DNA of 64,000 nt from Lama guanicoe (taxonomy: Eukaryota), in assembly GCA_013239625.1 (NCBI GenBank), contig MU054323.1, forward strand, positions 7,739,220 through 7,803,219. Reading direction: 5' to 3'. Position 1 is the first letter of the stretch. Every line of letters starts with the position of its first letter. The position numbers were made by a program, and so were the translations under genes. Shown here piece after piece: positions 61,946-64,000 of the stretch. The notes beneath the pieces were generated by a model, which was not told where the DNA came from, ran no database searches, and was given only the letters and a program-made list of their open reading frames with translations.

Positions 61946-62189
61946 ATTTCCCTATCTTTAAAAGATGAAATGATAGATCTTTTTCATGTATCCCACAGAG
62001 CTGTGAAGTAAAAGAAATGGAAGACTCTGAATAGCAGTGCCTCAGAAGTTGTGCTCTGACCCTTACAATGAAAGTTCTGTGCCAGATTTGCCATTAATGA
62101 GCTCTGTATGACAGGAAGTAAGTCATTTTGTGAGATACTTACCCAGTGTCTTGTTCGTCGTAAGCCTTCAGGAATTGTTTATGATAGGA

Positions 62190-62735
62190 TAAAGCATATG
62201 ATATGGCTCTATGACCATGGGATGAACTGAGACACCTCCCACTTTCCCAAGGAGCATGCTTGAGGAAAAATAGTTGGTTGCTTTTCAGGTAGCTATTGTA
62301 CTTTTACTTTGCTGAGTGTGTATAAACTTGAGACCATAGCTGAATGGTCTGGGAAAAAAAGAAGGAATTTCAGAAGCTGTATTGTACGAGAGATGAAGAG
62401 AAGAGACCTGACCATAAGGTAATAAGGGAGAAGGCTCCTAGAGGAGGAACAGGTTTAGCTAGTCAAATGGAGGGATCTAATTAAGTTGTGCATTGTGGTG
62501 AGTGGTGTAATTCTCTTCTTCATCTTCCCATGAAGTCTTTAGTAAAATCTCATTAGTCATAAATACTGCTGAATTTGAATGTATTGGGGGGATGCAAAGT
62601 GTTCAGTTTGGCCTTGTTGTTTAAAGGGAATAAGAGCAGAGTCAATCATCTTCTGGTTGTATTATGAATTTAAAAATGACAAGGTTAATCTGTGACCATG
62701 TGGACAATTCCAGCCCTAATGTTCTATGATTCTAT
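62190..62735 (+). mobile_element. Degenerate CR1/L3 3' end
   Basis: Ends ttccagccctaatgttctatgattctatg, the CR1-type (ATTCTATG)n tail. Confidence 0.55.
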
Positions 62736-63039
62736 GTATGTAAGAGACAGAATGTTGCCAGGAAATTCTGATGCAGTAGGTTGGGGTGGGGCTTGGGAAT
62801 TCCCTTTAAAAATATTTTTTCCCCAGGTGACTGTTATGCACACTAACATTTGGGCATCATTGTACACATACTCATCATATTCTATAGTTAAATGTTTAAT
62901 CACCCACAGAAAAATCACGCTCCTCCCCAATCTCCAGCATGCCACATTGTTGACAGAAGCGACTAGGGTGTGATCAGAGAATATAAACTCACATTAATAT
63001 TGTTCTAAGTAAAACATGTTTACAAAAACAATGTTGTAT

Positions 63040-64000
63040 CAGTGGGGGAAGAATACAACCAGTAGTGCTGGGACAGCTGGATAGCTACACACAAAAGAAT
63101 AAAGTTGGATCCCTACCTCACACTATATTAAAAATTACTTAAAATAGATCATAGACCTAATGTAGGAGCTAAAGACTATAAAATGGTTCAAAGACAAAAT
63201 AGAAGTAATTCTTCTTGACCTTGTATTAGACAGTTTTTTCAGACATGATGTCAAAAGCACAAGTGAGAGGAAAAAATGATAAATTAGACACTATCAAGAT
63301 GTAAAATATTTGTGTTTCAGTGGACGCCATTAAGAAAATAAAAAGAAAACCCACAGAATAGGATAAAATACTTGCAAATCATGTATCTGATAAGAAATTT
63401 GTACCCAGAATATATACATAACTCTTACAAATTAAAAAGACAACATGATTCAAAACTGGGCAAAGAATTTGAATATACATGTCTCCAAAGAAGATATACA
63501 AATGGCAATAAGCACATAAAAGGATGTTCGACATCATTAATCACTAGGGAAATGCTACCCAAAATCACAATAAGATACCAGTTACCAGTTCACCAGCTAG
63601 GATAGCTAAAATAAAAAAGACAGACAATAACATGTATTGCTGAGGGTGTGGAGATGCTAGAACCCTTATATGCTGCTAGTAGGAATTTAAATAGTGCAGC
63701 TACTTTGGAAAATAGTTTGACACTTCCTTGAAAAGCTAAGCAGGAAATTAGCATATAGCTCAGCAATTCCACTCCCAGGTACGTATCCAAGATAATTGAA
63801 ACATATATCTGCATAAAAACTTGAACATAAATGTTCATAGCAGCATAATTCATAATAATCAAAAAGCAGAAACAATAGAAATGTACATCAGTGATGAATG
63901 TTTAAGCAAAATGTGGTATGTTCACAGAATGAAATTGTCATCCATAAAAGGAATGAAGTACTGATTTATGCTACCACATGCAAGAATCTTGAAAACATGA
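63040..64000 (+). mobile_element. L1 ORF2 3' region, truncated by the window end
   Basis: Degenerate ORF2 C-terminal sequence similar to 9600-10620. Confidence 0.88.

Noticed and set aside
1..64000. CRISPR array, operon, or other novel multi-gene system
   Set aside because: No regularly spaced repeats and no second gene were found; the window is explained by KIF3C plus ordinary mammalian interspersed repeats.

Overview
Mammalian genomic DNA, probably camelid, judged from the tRNA-derived SINE type (inference). The window holds one complete protein-coding gene, KIF3C (kinesin-2 motor subunit), on the minus strand. I reconstructed 8 coding exons by hand (38983 down to 8133; all introns GT-AG, phases consistent; 2373 nt = 790 aa + stop). 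The gene has a CpG-island promoter at about 39.0-39.9 kb and a 3' UTR of about 2.4 kb. The rest is intron and intergenic DNA dense in L1, L2, MIR, CR1/L3, MaLR/ERVL LTRs, hAT and Tigger DNA transposons and young SINEs. I found no convincing previously undescribed biological system, and nearly all short ORFs in the track are noise or repeat-derived. The most notable details are: (1) a young, tail-less internal L1 ORF2 fragment flanked by a perfect 15-bp target-site duplication (TSD), apparently internally primed; (2) a near-perfect RFX X-box palindrome inside coding exon 6; (3) a triple in-frame tandem acceptor at exon 6; (4) a candidate 5'-UTR intron with uORFs; (5) ancient CR1/L3 RT fossils. 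Repeat family names come from recalled consensus similarity, not from a database search, and repeat boundaries are approximate unless a TSD is quoted.
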